DNA of 32,138 nt. It comes from a virus. Its lineage: Duplodnaviria > Caudoviricetes. The first letter of the stretch is position 1. Every line of letters starts with the position of its first letter. Shown one piece after another: positions 16,557 to 25,451 of this stretch. The DNA lies in the IMG/VR virus record IMGVR_UViG_3300043414_000965, positions 1 through 32,138 of that record, one strand, 5' to 3'. Both the position numbers and the translations under genes were made by a program. A model generated the notes under the pieces. That model had not been told where the DNA came from. It ran no database searches and saw only the letters and a list, made by a program, of their open reading frames with translations.

Positions 16557-17891
16557 ATGTCAGCAAGTTGGATTAAAAAATTAAACGAAAGTGATAGCCG
16601 CCTACACAAAGAGGATGTTCTAAGACAAGCATTAGAGGCAAGTGTCCTAGGCAGCACAAACGCAATCAATTTTTTAAAATTTACTAAACTTTGTTACAAT
16701 CCCTATGTTACATTTGGGGTGCGTCAAGTCCCTGATTCAAAAAATGTTTTTAACAAAAGTAATCCATGGGATCAGTTTGAGGAGTTGTTAACAAAACTTA
16801 GCAATAGAGAATTGACAGGTAATGCAGCACTGGATGCTATCACAGCCCTTGCATGGAACTTTGATAGTGAAGAATGGATGAACTTTGTTTTACCCGTAAT
16901 TACTAGGGACCTTCGTGCTGGGATAAGTGACAAAACAATTAACAAGGTATGCAAAGGCACTGAATACGAAATCCCAGTCTTTGGTTGTCAACTAGCAACA
17001 ACCAGTGAAGATCGCCCAGAAATGAAGGGTACTAAACGTTTAGAACCTAAACTAGATGGTGTTCGTGTATTGATGGTGTTCACTCCTAACAACAAAGGTG
17101 AGGCATCAGTAATTAGTTTCAGTCGCAATGGTAAAGAGTTTGACAACTTTACTACAATTGAAAAACAAATCTCTAGTCGATTCAAAGAAATTATCGGTAC
17201 AAACGCACGTACATTAAAGAATGGATTTGTGTTTGACGGCGAGGTTGTTGGTAATTCTTTTCAAGAATTAATGAAACAAGCACGTAGAAAAAAAGACGCA
17301 AAGGCAGATGATAGTGTTTTTCATATCTTTGATATCATCCCAATTGATGAATTTTTTAAAGGCATATACGAGGAATCATTAAGCAAACGTCTAAAGATAT
17401 TAGACAAGATGAATGGCATCATTGAAGAATTACCAAACGTAGAATTTCTAACTAGTATCAAAGTTAATTTAGATACTGCGGCAGGTAAGAATCAATTAGA
17501 CAGATATGCCAAAAACAAAGTTGCAGAAGGTTTTGAAGGCATTATGATTAAGGACCTCGATGCGTATTACGAATGTAAACGAACCACATCTTGGATGAAA
17601 TGGAAACCTACACTTACTGTAGATTTGGAGGTAGTTGATGTTCAAGAAGGCACTGGGAAACATAAAGGACGACTTGGAGCTCTTATTTGCTCCGGCCACG
17701 ATGAAGGGGTCGATATTTCAGTCAATGTTGGTAGTGGGTTTACTGATGCTGATAGACATGATTATTGGGATAACAGTGATAGTGTTATTGGTCGAACTGT
17801 TGAAATCTTATGTGATGCCGTAACACAAAACAAAGACGGAACTTATAGTTTACGCTTTCCCAGATTTGTTCGTTTCCGTGACGATAAGTGA
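16557..17891 (+). CDS. lig: ATP-dependent DNA ligase
   Basis: Motif I EPKLDGVR, SRNG, FDGEV, FHIFD, EGIMIKD, WMKWKP, VGSGF, SLRFPRFVRFRDDK. Confidence 0.95.
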   Translation: MSASWIKKLNESDSRLHKEDVLRQALEASVLGSTNAINFLKFTKLCYNPYVTFGVRQVPDSKNVFNKSNPWDQFEELLTKLSNRELTGNAALDAITALAWNFDSEEWMNFVLPVITRDLRAGISDKTINKVCKGTEYEIPVFGCQLATTSEDRPEMKGTKRLEPKLDGVRVLMVFTPNNKGEASVISFSRNGKEFDNFTTIEKQISSRFKEIIGTNARTLKNGFVFDGEVVGNSFQELMKQARRKKDAKADDSVFHIFDIIPIDEFFKGIYEESLSKRLKILDKMNGIIEELPNVEFLTSIKVNLDTAAGKNQLDRYAKNKVAEGFEGIMIKDLDAYYECKRTTSWMKWKPTLTVDLEVVDVQEGTGKHKGRLGALICSGHDEGVDISVNVGSGFTDADRHDYWDNSDSVIGRTVEILCDAVTQNKDGTYSLRFPRFVRFRDDK

Positions 17892-17899
17892 TATAATAC

Positions 17900-18118
17900 A
17901 TGAAGGCAAATATCAAAGAACTAGCTGCCAAAGTAGGGTTAGCTAAGGTTATGATTCATCCTACTTCGGACAGTGGAGTTTTTATTTCACTTGATCCTGA
18001 GTCAGAAAATAAATTAAAAGAATTTGCTAAGTTAGTTGCGCTAGAATGTTCTACAATTGCTGATAAAGCAGAACCATATAAAGCATCTGACTTAATAAAA
18101 AAACATTTTGGAGTATAA
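17900..18118 (+). CDS. Small hypothetical protein, paralog family member 3
   Basis: IKELA..KEFAKLVALEC..IKKHFGV. Confidence 0.7.
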   Translation: MKANIKELAAKVGLAKVMIHPTSDSGVFISLDPESENKLKEFAKLVALECSTIADKAEPYKASDLIKKHFGV

Positions 18119-18120
18119 CA

Positions 18121-18306
18121 ATGGCATTACTTGCAGTAGGTGATAAGGTAGAAAAAGTTAGTGGTTACAAATGGCCCGGTATCGTTGTATCAGTATTTGA
18201 TACACTTGACGGTCAACGCAGAGTTGTTGTAGAATGTACTACTCCAGAAGTAGCAGGTGCTTTGCACATCTATAACGAAGGTCAATTAAAAATTTCTTTG
18301 GAGTAA
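18121..18306 (+). CDS. SH3-fold protein resembling DfrB / R67 dihydrofolate reductase
   Basis: GDKVEKVSGYKWPG..VVE..GALHIY aligns with R67 GDRVRKKSGAAWQG..AVE..GSVQIY. Confidence 0.55.
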   Translation: MALLAVGDKVEKVSGYKWPGIVVSVFDTLDGQRRVVVECTTPEVAGALHIYNEGQLKISLE

Positions 18307-18309
18307 ATC

Positions 18310-19599
18310 ATGGTAACAGTAGTTAAAAGTGAATGGCATCAAGTAGAGAAACGATATGGCATTGAAATTGATGCCGACATGTTAACTGAAATTTATCCTG
18401 AATTGGATGAAGATGAAATTGAAGCAAAACTTGCTGCACTAGAATCAGGTGAAGAAGATGTTGAAGAAGTTATCAATGAAGCCTGGAACAACAATGTAGA
18501 CATTGATTGGGATTATCTCAATGAAGATGATTGGTGGACTGACCGCAAAGGCGGTTATGAAGTTACCTACAAAGTAGAAGAATGGAAAGTACATGAAGAT
18601 TATGTGTCTCCCGTTACTCACAAATGTACTAAGTGTAAATGGACTGGAACACAGTATGATGCTGCATGGTCTTGGGAAGATAGTGAAGGTAAAGAATTAG
18701 ACGAGGCAATTAAGATTTGCCCAATGTGTGATAGTGCTACTGAATTGACGGAAGTTGGGGTTGAAGAAGCTGCAAAAGATGTTGCTAATAAAGCTAAGTG
18801 GGCTAAGATGGCTGAAGATACTGAGGAAGAAGATGACGATGAAAACGTCGGTACTCCGCCGAGTGATGAAGAAATGAAAGCACAATTAGAAGTACTTGTA
18901 AATGAACAAGTAGCTAAATGGCCCTTTGATAAAGAAGCGGTAACTGAAGCAGCAGATTTACTTCCAAACTATCCAGCCGGTGAATACACTATTCGTATCT
19001 GGGGTCGTACCCGTGAGATTGGTGTAGGTAAGATCAGTAAACAACAATACGAATACTGGAGTCACGAGGATCACAACAGTGACCTTTCTGACGCTATGAA
19101 TGAGTCATATGATTATGACGAGAACGATACACCAGAGAAAGCAAGATTTGATAGTGCTTACTATGAGTACCAAGATGTTCATTCATTCTGGGGCTTTGAT
19201 GAAGATGATACTCATATGACTATCACTGATGAAAGTGGTGAAGAAATTTATGACGGCACCTTAGATGGATTTATTAGTGAAGCACACGGAGATAATGATA
19301 GTCGTTGGGATGCTACCGAAGAAGTAGAAGAACTATATCCTCATTACTTAGGTAAAGGTTACTTTGTAGTATGGACACAGGGTGGCAAGGGTAGTTGTAT
19401 TCAAACTACGATTGATACTGAAGGTGAAGAGTTTGATCCTCGCAAACTAAAGTATACTACTTGGGATATTGAAGGTAGTTCATGTGTCAATCGTTTGAAA
19501 TATGATGATGTTGAACTTGATGACTATGGTATGGATAGTGAACATGATAACTGGCGTGGACAATGGTCACAGTTTGATGTTTATCACAACAAGAAATAA
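18310..19599 (+). CDS. Highly acidic multi-domain protein with Zn ribbon
   Basis: CTKC..CPMC; strongly D/E-rich throughout. Confidence 0.75.
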   Translation: MVTVVKSEWHQVEKRYGIEIDADMLTEIYPELDEDEIEAKLAALESGEEDVEEVINEAWNNNVDIDWDYLNEDDWWTDRKGGYEVTYKVEEWKVHEDYVSPVTHKCTKCKWTGTQYDAAWSWEDSEGKELDEAIKICPMCDSATELTEVGVEEAAKDVANKAKWAKMAEDTEEEDDDENVGTPPSDEEMKAQLEVLVNEQVAKWPFDKEAVTEAADLLPNYPAGEYTIRIWGRTREIGVGKISKQQYEYWSHEDHNSDLSDAMNESYDYDENDTPEKARFDSAYYEYQDVHSFWGFDEDDTHMTITDESGEEIYDGTLDGFISEAHGDNDSRWDATEEVEELYPHYLGKGYFVVWTQGGKGSCIQTTIDTEGEEFDPRKLKYTTWDIEGSSCVNRLKYDDVELDDYGMDSEHDNWRGQWSQFDVYHNKK

Positions 19600-19608
19600 G
19601 GATTAATC

Positions 19609-19839
19609 ATGCCATACGTATACAAAGAAGTTGAAGTAGATATTGATTTGAGTGACTTTGAAACGGACGATCTAATTGAAGAATTAGAAAGTCGTGGGGA
19701 ATTACCTAAAAAAACTGGCGCTGGTCCATATGATAGTAACGAAATAGTAGAACAGATTTGGATGCGTAGACGTAACGGGCAAGACTATCAAAACCTTTTG
19801 GATAATTTAATTTATCAAGTTACTGGTCACATAGTATGA
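19609..19839 (+). CDS. Hypothetical protein
   Basis: AAGGA SD; DLSDFETDDLIEELESRG. Confidence 0.7.
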   Translation: MPYVYKEVEVDIDLSDFETDDLIEELESRGELPKKTGAGPYDSNEIVEQIWMRRRNGQDYQNLLDNLIYQVTGHIV

Positions 19840-20033
19840 CACATCCTTTAGTAGGTAAATCATATACATTTGAAGATGGGAATAAGATGGAAATAATCCA
19901 AGTAAGAGAAGTAGATGAACTACGAGGTGGTGCGTCTGTTACTTACTTGGCTTATCAAGGTCCGGGTATTCCACAAAAATTAATACTAAATTTAGAACAA
20001 TTCATGGATATATACGGTCAGTTATTTGAATGA
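19836..20033 (+). CDS. Hypothetical protein
   Basis: ATGA overlap. Confidence 0.65.
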   Translation: MTHPLVGKSYTFEDGNKMEIIQVREVDELRGGASVTYLAYQGPGIPQKLILNLEQFMDIYGQLFE

Positions 20034-20067
20034 CTATTTAGGTAGTCTATTGTAGACTAAATACAAA

Positions 20068-21741
20068 ATGCTTAAAAGAATATTCAGTTTTTCCAACCTC
20101 ACCTTATTAGTAGCATTAACATTAAGCACTATTGCCGCATGGTATAGTATTATTGGTTTGACTACTATCTTTGCTGGAGCAGTAGTTCCAGTTATTATTA
20201 TGGGTTCAGCACTTGAACTTGCAAAGATTGTAACAACAGTATGGTTGCGTAAGTATTGGCATCGTGCCGGTTTATTAATCAAACTCTACTTAGTGCCTGC
20301 TGTAATGGCTATTGCATTGATTACAAGTATGGGTATATTTGGCTTTTTAAGTAAAGCACACATGGATCAAGGCGTCACATCAGGTGATGTACAAGCTAAG
20401 ATAGCAATATATGATGAAAAAATCAAAACCGAAAAAGAGAATATTGAAGCAAACCGTAAGGCACTTAAACAGATGGATGAGGGAGTGGACCAAGTATTGG
20501 GCCGCTCAACAACAGAAACGGGTGCCGAAAAAGCTGTGGCTATGCGAAAGTCCCAGCAGAAAGAACGTACTCGCCTTCAAAATGAAATATTACAGTCGCA
20601 GAAGTCTATCGCGGGACTTAACAATGAACGTGCGCCTATTGCCGCCGAGGTACGAAAAGTGGAGGCAGAGGTTGGACCGATAAAATATATTGCAGCATTA
20701 CTATATGGTGATAACCCTGATGCTAACATACTAGAACGGGCAGTGCGTTGGGTTATTATTTTACTTGTTATTGTATTTGACCCATTGGCATTGATGTTAG
20801 TATTGGCTGCTAATCAAAGTAAAGATTGGGATGATGAAGATGAACCTGCGTATGAACCTGATGATGGTCCTATCAACGAAGAAGTTTTAGAAGCATTACG
20901 TGAACGAGCAAAAGAAGAACTACCTACAGGTGAATTAATTTCCAAAGAAAATTTATTCCCCGAAAAAACCGTAGCAGAAAAAGAGTTTGATATTAAAGAT
21001 CATCCATACTTGTTTACTCCTGCCGGTAGTGATACCCCTCCCGGAATTAAACCAGTAGGTCCACAAGTATACAAGCCAGAACCAAGTGATGATACACTAG
21101 CGCCTTGTTATAAATGTGGTACAACGCTAATTAATGCCCCTGGCATCGGCCCGTTCTGCCCAAACAAAGAATGTGATGTAGCAGACAATACAAATGGGGT
21201 AGAACCGATTGAGATAACATATATTCCACCTAAACCAATAATCGAAACTGCTCCAAACTTTGAAGCAATCAAAGTTGACGGAGAATGGGTACAAACTGGT
21301 CCTGCATTTGAAGTGCCCAAAGTTATTTTGCCTGATACTATAGAAGCTAAAACTATTCCTTACACGGAATTGGACGGCGGCTATGTAATGTTTGACGGTA
21401 AGCATATGCACAAAGATGTATTAACGGGTATGCGTCCAGATATGTTAAAATTAGTAGCAGATTCGGGTAGAGCAACTAAAACTAGTTTTGGAACAACATT
21501 TCCTGCATTGGCTACAAAGGGTGATACATTTGTCCGTGTTGATGCACTACCAAATAAGGTTTACAAATTTGACGGAACCAGATGGATTGTTGTCAATAAG
21601 GCACAATCAACCAGCTATCTTTATGACCAAGAATATATCAAGTATTTGGTCAAGAAGATAGAATCAGGTGAGTACGATATTGAATTATTATCCGATACCG
21701 AAAAGCAACAAATTGAAGAATACTTGACCAAAAACAATTGA
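20068..21741 (+). CDS. Membrane protein: three N-terminal TM helices, coiled coil, further TM helix, Pro-rich linker with Zn ribbon
   Basis: Hydrophobic helices; TSMGIFGFLSKAH; EVGPIKYIA; VFDPLA; CYKC..CPNKEC; CTAAATA 4 nt before ATG. Confidence 0.8.
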   Translation: MLKRIFSFSNLTLLVALTLSTIAAWYSIIGLTTIFAGAVVPVIIMGSALELAKIVTTVWLRKYWHRAGLLIKLYLVPAVMAIALITSMGIFGFLSKAHMDQGVTSGDVQAKIAIYDEKIKTEKENIEANRKALKQMDEGVDQVLGRSTTETGAEKAVAMRKSQQKERTRLQNEILQSQKSIAGLNNERAPIAAEVRKVEAEVGPIKYIAALLYGDNPDANILERAVRWVIILLVIVFDPLALMLVLAANQSKDWDDEDEPAYEPDDGPINEEVLEALRERAKEELPTGELISKENLFPEKTVAEKEFDIKDHPYLFTPAGSDTPPGIKPVGPQVYKPEPSDDTLAPCYKCGTTLINAPGIGPFCPNKECDVADNTNGVEPIEITYIPPKPIIETAPNFEAIKVDGEWVQTGPAFEVPKVILPDTIEAKTIPYTELDGGYVMFDGKHMHKDVLTGMRPDMLKLVADSGRATKTSFGTTFPALATKGDTFVRVDALPNKVYKFDGTRWIVVNKAQSTSYLYDQEYIKYLVKKIESGEYDIELLSDTEKQQIEEYLTKNN

Positions 21742-21766
21742 CTTTTTCATCCATATAGTATATAAT
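21738..21766 (+). promoter_or_regulatory. sigma70 promoter
   Basis: TTGACT-17 nt-TATAAT. Confidence 0.75.
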
Positions 21767-21795
21767 ACTATCATATTAACTAACTGGAGTTATCC

Positions 21796-22425
21796 ATGAA
21801 ACTTAAACTTGCTACTATTGCGATTGCTATTGCACTTACTGGCTGTGCCTCAACTAAAAGTGAGGGAGAAGGTTCTGTAAAAACACAAAAACTTTCTACA
21901 TCATTTGCTGGTGAGAAAATTAAAATTGAAACTAATTGTACTTGGTACAAGTTTTGGAAAAATGACTGTGAGGTTATTGCAATTGAATCTACTGCGACTG
22001 CCACTTCATTCGGCAATACTGCAAACAATCGTAAAACAGCATTAACAGTTGCTGAAATGCGAGCCAATTCACAAGTCGCAGAATTTATATCTAAAGATAT
22101 TTCAAGCAATAGAGTAACATCTACCATTGCCAAGAATCTTGAAAAAGCAAGTGATAAAGTTAAGTCAGGTAATAGTGATGGTTCTGTTGTATCAATGTCG
22201 GACAAAGAAGCTGCAACACTCAGTTTACGTGAAAACAACAACGAAACAGTACACCAACTTACTGAAACAATTCGTACATCATCACAAGCTATCCTCAAAG
22301 GTTTTATTAAAATCAATGAAGAAGTAGTTGGTAATCAGGAAGTACTAGTAACTATTCGTTGGGATAAAGATACTGAACGTGCTGCCGAAACATTGCGTAG
22401 AAAATTCAGCCCTAATCAGAACTAA
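21796..22425 (+). CDS. Lipoprotein (LPP20-like)
   Basis: GGAG SD; lipobox LTGC; A..VAEMRA.SQVAEFI. Confidence 0.7.
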   Translation: MKLKLATIAIAIALTGCASTKSEGEGSVKTQKLSTSFAGEKIKIETNCTWYKFWKNDCEVIAIESTATATSFGNTANNRKTALTVAEMRANSQVAEFISKDISSNRVTSTIAKNLEKASDKVKSGNSDGSVVSMSDKEAATLSLRENNNETVHQLTETIRTSSQAILKGFIKINEEVVGNQEVLVTIRWDKDTERAAETLRRKFSPNQN

Positions 22426-22428
22426 AAC

Positions 22429-23415
22429 ATGTTACGGCTACTTTGTTTAGTAGCATGTTTCTTGTTTGTTAATAACGTTCTCTCTGCCGAGAAATACATT
22501 CGTGTAATCGGCGAGGGAATTACTATTGAACAGGCAAAAGAAAATGCTTTCCGTACTGCTATACAACAACGAGCAGGAGCAATTGTGCTAAGTGAGCGTC
22601 AAGCTACATCTGGTACATTGTCTAAAGATAACATATCATTGTTCAGTGCAGGATATGTTGATGATTTCAAAATCATTGATATCAACCAAAGTGGTTCTAA
22701 TATTAGAATCACTCTAGATGTATTGGTTTCTGAAAGTAAACTACTTAATCAAGTCCTTAACACAGGAAAAACAAGCAAGACAATAGACGGTGATAAAGCC
22801 GGCGCGGCATTAAATACATTCCTTGAGAAAAAACAAAAGGGAGATAAAATGATTGATATAGTGTTAGGTACATATCCCCAATCTGCCTTTACAGTTACTC
22901 AAAAACCATATACACTAACAGTTGATAGTTATCGCAATGCTACTTTTAATATACCGTATACATTTAAATGGAATTATGATTTTATTGAATCAATGAATGA
23001 AGCAATGTCATTGATTGAGGATAAGGTTAATCTAAATCAATTTTTAAATCATGCTCCAAGCAATGTAATCATTATGGCTAAAAATCCTAAAGATTACGTA
23101 TTTGGTAGTAAAAATGTATATAAGTTTAATGACATACCTATGTTGAGTAGAATTAAAAATTCTATGCATGGAAATAGAGCACCTAGAATATTATTGGAAA
23201 TTTCAGATAACAGTGGTGAATTGTTATATCATACGTGTTATATTCCCATGAACACATACTATAGCATGGGTGATCCAAAACTATTAATAATATACGGTAA
23301 TGATTTTGATAATGGGATATTAAAAGCTACCGTTGACACTGAACATAATTATGTTGTTGAACGTGCAAGCAAAATAGAAGTGTCAGTTGTACCAAATTCA
23401 CAATGCAATTGGTAA
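22429..23415 (+). CDS. Exported protein with LPP20/FlgT-N-like N-terminal domain
   Basis: Signal peptide; VIGEGITIEQAKENAFRTAIQQ. Confidence 0.65.
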   Translation: MLRLLCLVACFLFVNNVLSAEKYIRVIGEGITIEQAKENAFRTAIQQRAGAIVLSERQATSGTLSKDNISLFSAGYVDDFKIIDINQSGSNIRITLDVLVSESKLLNQVLNTGKTSKTIDGDKAGAALNTFLEKKQKGDKMIDIVLGTYPQSAFTVTQKPYTLTVDSYRNATFNIPYTFKWNYDFIESMNEAMSLIEDKVNLNQFLNHAPSNVIIMAKNPKDYVFGSKNVYKFNDIPMLSRIKNSMHGNRAPRILLEISDNSGELLYHTCYIPMNTYYSMGDPKLLIIYGNDFDNGILKATVDTEHNYVVERASKIEVSVVPNSQCNW

Positions 23416-23451
23416 AAATAACTGACAAATAATAAAAAGATAAATTAATAT

Positions 23452-24660
23452 ATGACCAACGAATCTAAAATAAACCATTGTTCCTTTTGTGAATTACACA
23501 AAGATAAAGTTAAAAAATTAATAGTAAGTGAAGGTGTTGCTATATGTAGTGATTGTATTGATCTATGTAATAATTTGATTAAAGATGATAGTTCAATTGT
23601 AGAAAGTGAACCTAAACATGAAGATGAAGTTAAATACGACCCTTCAAGTATCAAAGAATACTTAGATGTTCATGTTGTGGGACAAGATAGTGCCAAGACA
23701 GTATTAAGCGTAGCTATTGCTAATCATTACAAACGTATCACATATCCACCAAAAGACTTAGATATCCAAAAGGGCAATGTACTCATCGTAGGGCCTACTG
23801 GTAGTGGTAAAACGTTGCTTGCTAAGACTGTAGCAAAATATCTTAAAGTGCCCTTCGTTGTTGCTGATGCGACAAGTTTAACAGAAGCCGGTTATGTAGG
23901 TGATGATGTTGAATCAATGATTAGTATGCTATTAAATGCAGCCGGTGGAGACCCTAGATTAGCAGAACGTGGTATTGTGTTTGTTGATGAGATTGACAAG
24001 ATTGCCCGTCGTAGTGAAAGTACAAGTATTACCCGTGATGTATCGGGCGAGGGAGTTCAGCAAGCATTACTTAAGTTAGTTGAGGGTACAGTATGTCGTA
24101 TTCCAGCTGGCGGCGGACGTAAACATCCTGGTGGTGATATGATGGAAATTGATACGAAAAACATTCTATTCATATCAGGTGGTGCATTTGTTGGTTTGAA
24201 GGATTTGATCGGTAATCGTAAGAACGGTACAACAATTGGATTTGGAGCAGACATTAGAGATAAGAAAGTAGAAGGTGATTTAACCGACGTTACGCCGGAT
24301 GACTTAACCAAATATGGAATGATTCCTGAATTTATTGGTAGGTTTACTACCACTGTAAGCATCAAAGAATTGAACAAAGAAGAATTGTTAAGGGTGTTGA
24401 CTGAAGTTAAAAACAACTATATTGCTCAATATACATATCTATTGAGTATTGACAACATTAACCTAGAATTCACCGATGGGGCATTGGAACAAATTGTTGA
24501 TAATTGCTTGACACTAAAGACCGGGGCACGTGGATTGCACACAGAGATTGAGCGTTGTTTGATGCCACATATGTTCAATACCAAAAAGTACAGAGAAAAT
24601 AACGTAACTGAGATAAATATAACAAGGGAGCAAGTTTTAGAACCAAAATCACTAATATGA
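23452..24660 (+). CDS. clpX: ATP-dependent Clp protease ATPase subunit ClpX
   Basis: CSFC..CSDC Zn finger, GPTGSGKT, GYVG pore loop, VDEIDK, RDVSGEGVQQALLK, RKH loop, IGF loop, TGARGL. Confidence 0.97.
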   Translation: MTNESKINHCSFCELHKDKVKKLIVSEGVAICSDCIDLCNNLIKDDSSIVESEPKHEDEVKYDPSSIKEYLDVHVVGQDSAKTVLSVAIANHYKRITYPPKDLDIQKGNVLIVGPTGSGKTLLAKTVAKYLKVPFVVADATSLTEAGYVGDDVESMISMLLNAAGGDPRLAERGIVFVDEIDKIARRSESTSITRDVSGEGVQQALLKLVEGTVCRIPAGGGRKHPGGDMMEIDTKNILFISGGAFVGLKDLIGNRKNGTTIGFGADIRDKKVEGDLTDVTPDDLTKYGMIPEFIGRFTTTVSIKELNKEELLRVLTEVKNNYIAQYTYLLSIDNINLEFTDGALEQIVDNCLTLKTGARGLHTEIERCLMPHMFNTKKYRENNVTEINITREQVLEPKSLI

Positions 24661-24878
24661 GTATAAAAGGAAGACGAGTTATTGTTACTGACGGAAACGT
24701 TGATAAAGCATTACGTAAATTCAAAAAGAAGATAACAGACCAAAATCTGTTACAGGAATTGCGTGATCGGGAACAATATGTCAAACCCAGTATACAGCGT
24801 AAAGTAGATAAAGGTTTAGCCAAGCGTAGATGGCAAAAATACTTGCGTGACCAGAGTCTTCCCAAAAAACTATTTTAA
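24657..24878 (+). CDS. rpsU: Ribosomal protein bS21 (phage-encoded)
   Basis: NVDKALRKFKKK..LLQELRDREQYVKPSIQRK; ATGA-coupled to clpX. Confidence 0.9.
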   Translation: MSIKGRRVIVTDGNVDKALRKFKKKITDQNLLQELRDREQYVKPSIQRKVDKGLAKRRWQKYLRDQSLPKKLF

Positions 24879-24927
24879 CCTAAATAGTAGAGTTTTTTAC
24901 GTATTTTTAGTATAATAAATACGTATC

Positions 24928-24987
24928 GTAGATGCCGATGGTCGGGTCTACAAATTAGTCACTTGCTTATATAAGGAGAAAACTATG
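24928..24987 (+). promoter_or_regulatory. ROSE-like RNA thermometer in the hsp20 leader
   Basis: 5' hairpin GTAGATGCCGA-tgg-TCGGGTCTAC; 3' hairpin CTTGCTT-atat-AAGGAG pairs UUGCU with the SD and leaves a bulged G. Confidence 0.65.
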
Positions 24988-25437
24988 ACTAGAAATACAT
25001 TAACCCTTCGTTCCCTTGACATTCCACAACTACACAAATTTGGTATCGGTTTTGATACTATGTTTGATGAGTTGCACAGAATGCATTCACAACAAACCAA
25101 CACAAACTATCCCCCATATAATGTCGTACAGATTACCGACGATGAATATATGATTAGTATGGCTGTGGCTGGGTTTGGTCTTGATAACCTTTCAGTAACA
25201 AAAGATAAAAACTTTTTGATTATTGAAGGCAAGAACACAATCAAGGAAGAAGAAACTGACATTAACTATCTACACAAGGGCATTAGCGCAAGAGATTTCC
25301 GTCGTGAATTCAAACTTGCTGACTTTGTAGAGATTGAAAATGCTCATTTAGAATTGGGAATTCTTAATGTTCACTTAAAACGTGAAATACCTGAAGAACA
25401 AAAGCCCAAGTCTATTGCTATTACCTATACTAAATAG
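24985..25437 (+). CDS. Small heat shock protein, Hsp20/IbpA family
   Basis: GIGFD..FD, NYPPYNV, MAVAGF, YLHKGISARDFRREF.LAD, LGILNVHL.REIPEE.KPKSIAI. Confidence 0.95.
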   Translation: MTRNTLTLRSLDIPQLHKFGIGFDTMFDELHRMHSQQTNTNYPPYNVVQITDDEYMISMAVAGFGLDNLSVTKDKNFLIIEGKNTIKEEETDINYLHKGISARDFRREFKLADFVEIENAHLELGILNVHLKREIPEEQKPKSIAITYTK

Positions 25438-25443
25438 TATAAT
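25415..25443 (+). promoter_or_regulatory. sigma70-like promoter with embedded TAAATA upstream of clpS
   Basis: TTGCTA-17 nt-TATAAT; TAAATA 25431-25436. Confidence 0.5.
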
Positions 25444-25451
25444 AGCATCAT

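Noticed and set aside
21780-22316. 178-aa minus-strand ORF (and similar shadow ORFs at 6813, 10190, 24057, 24575, 26376)
   Set aside because: Antisense to well-supported genes, with no recognisable motifs
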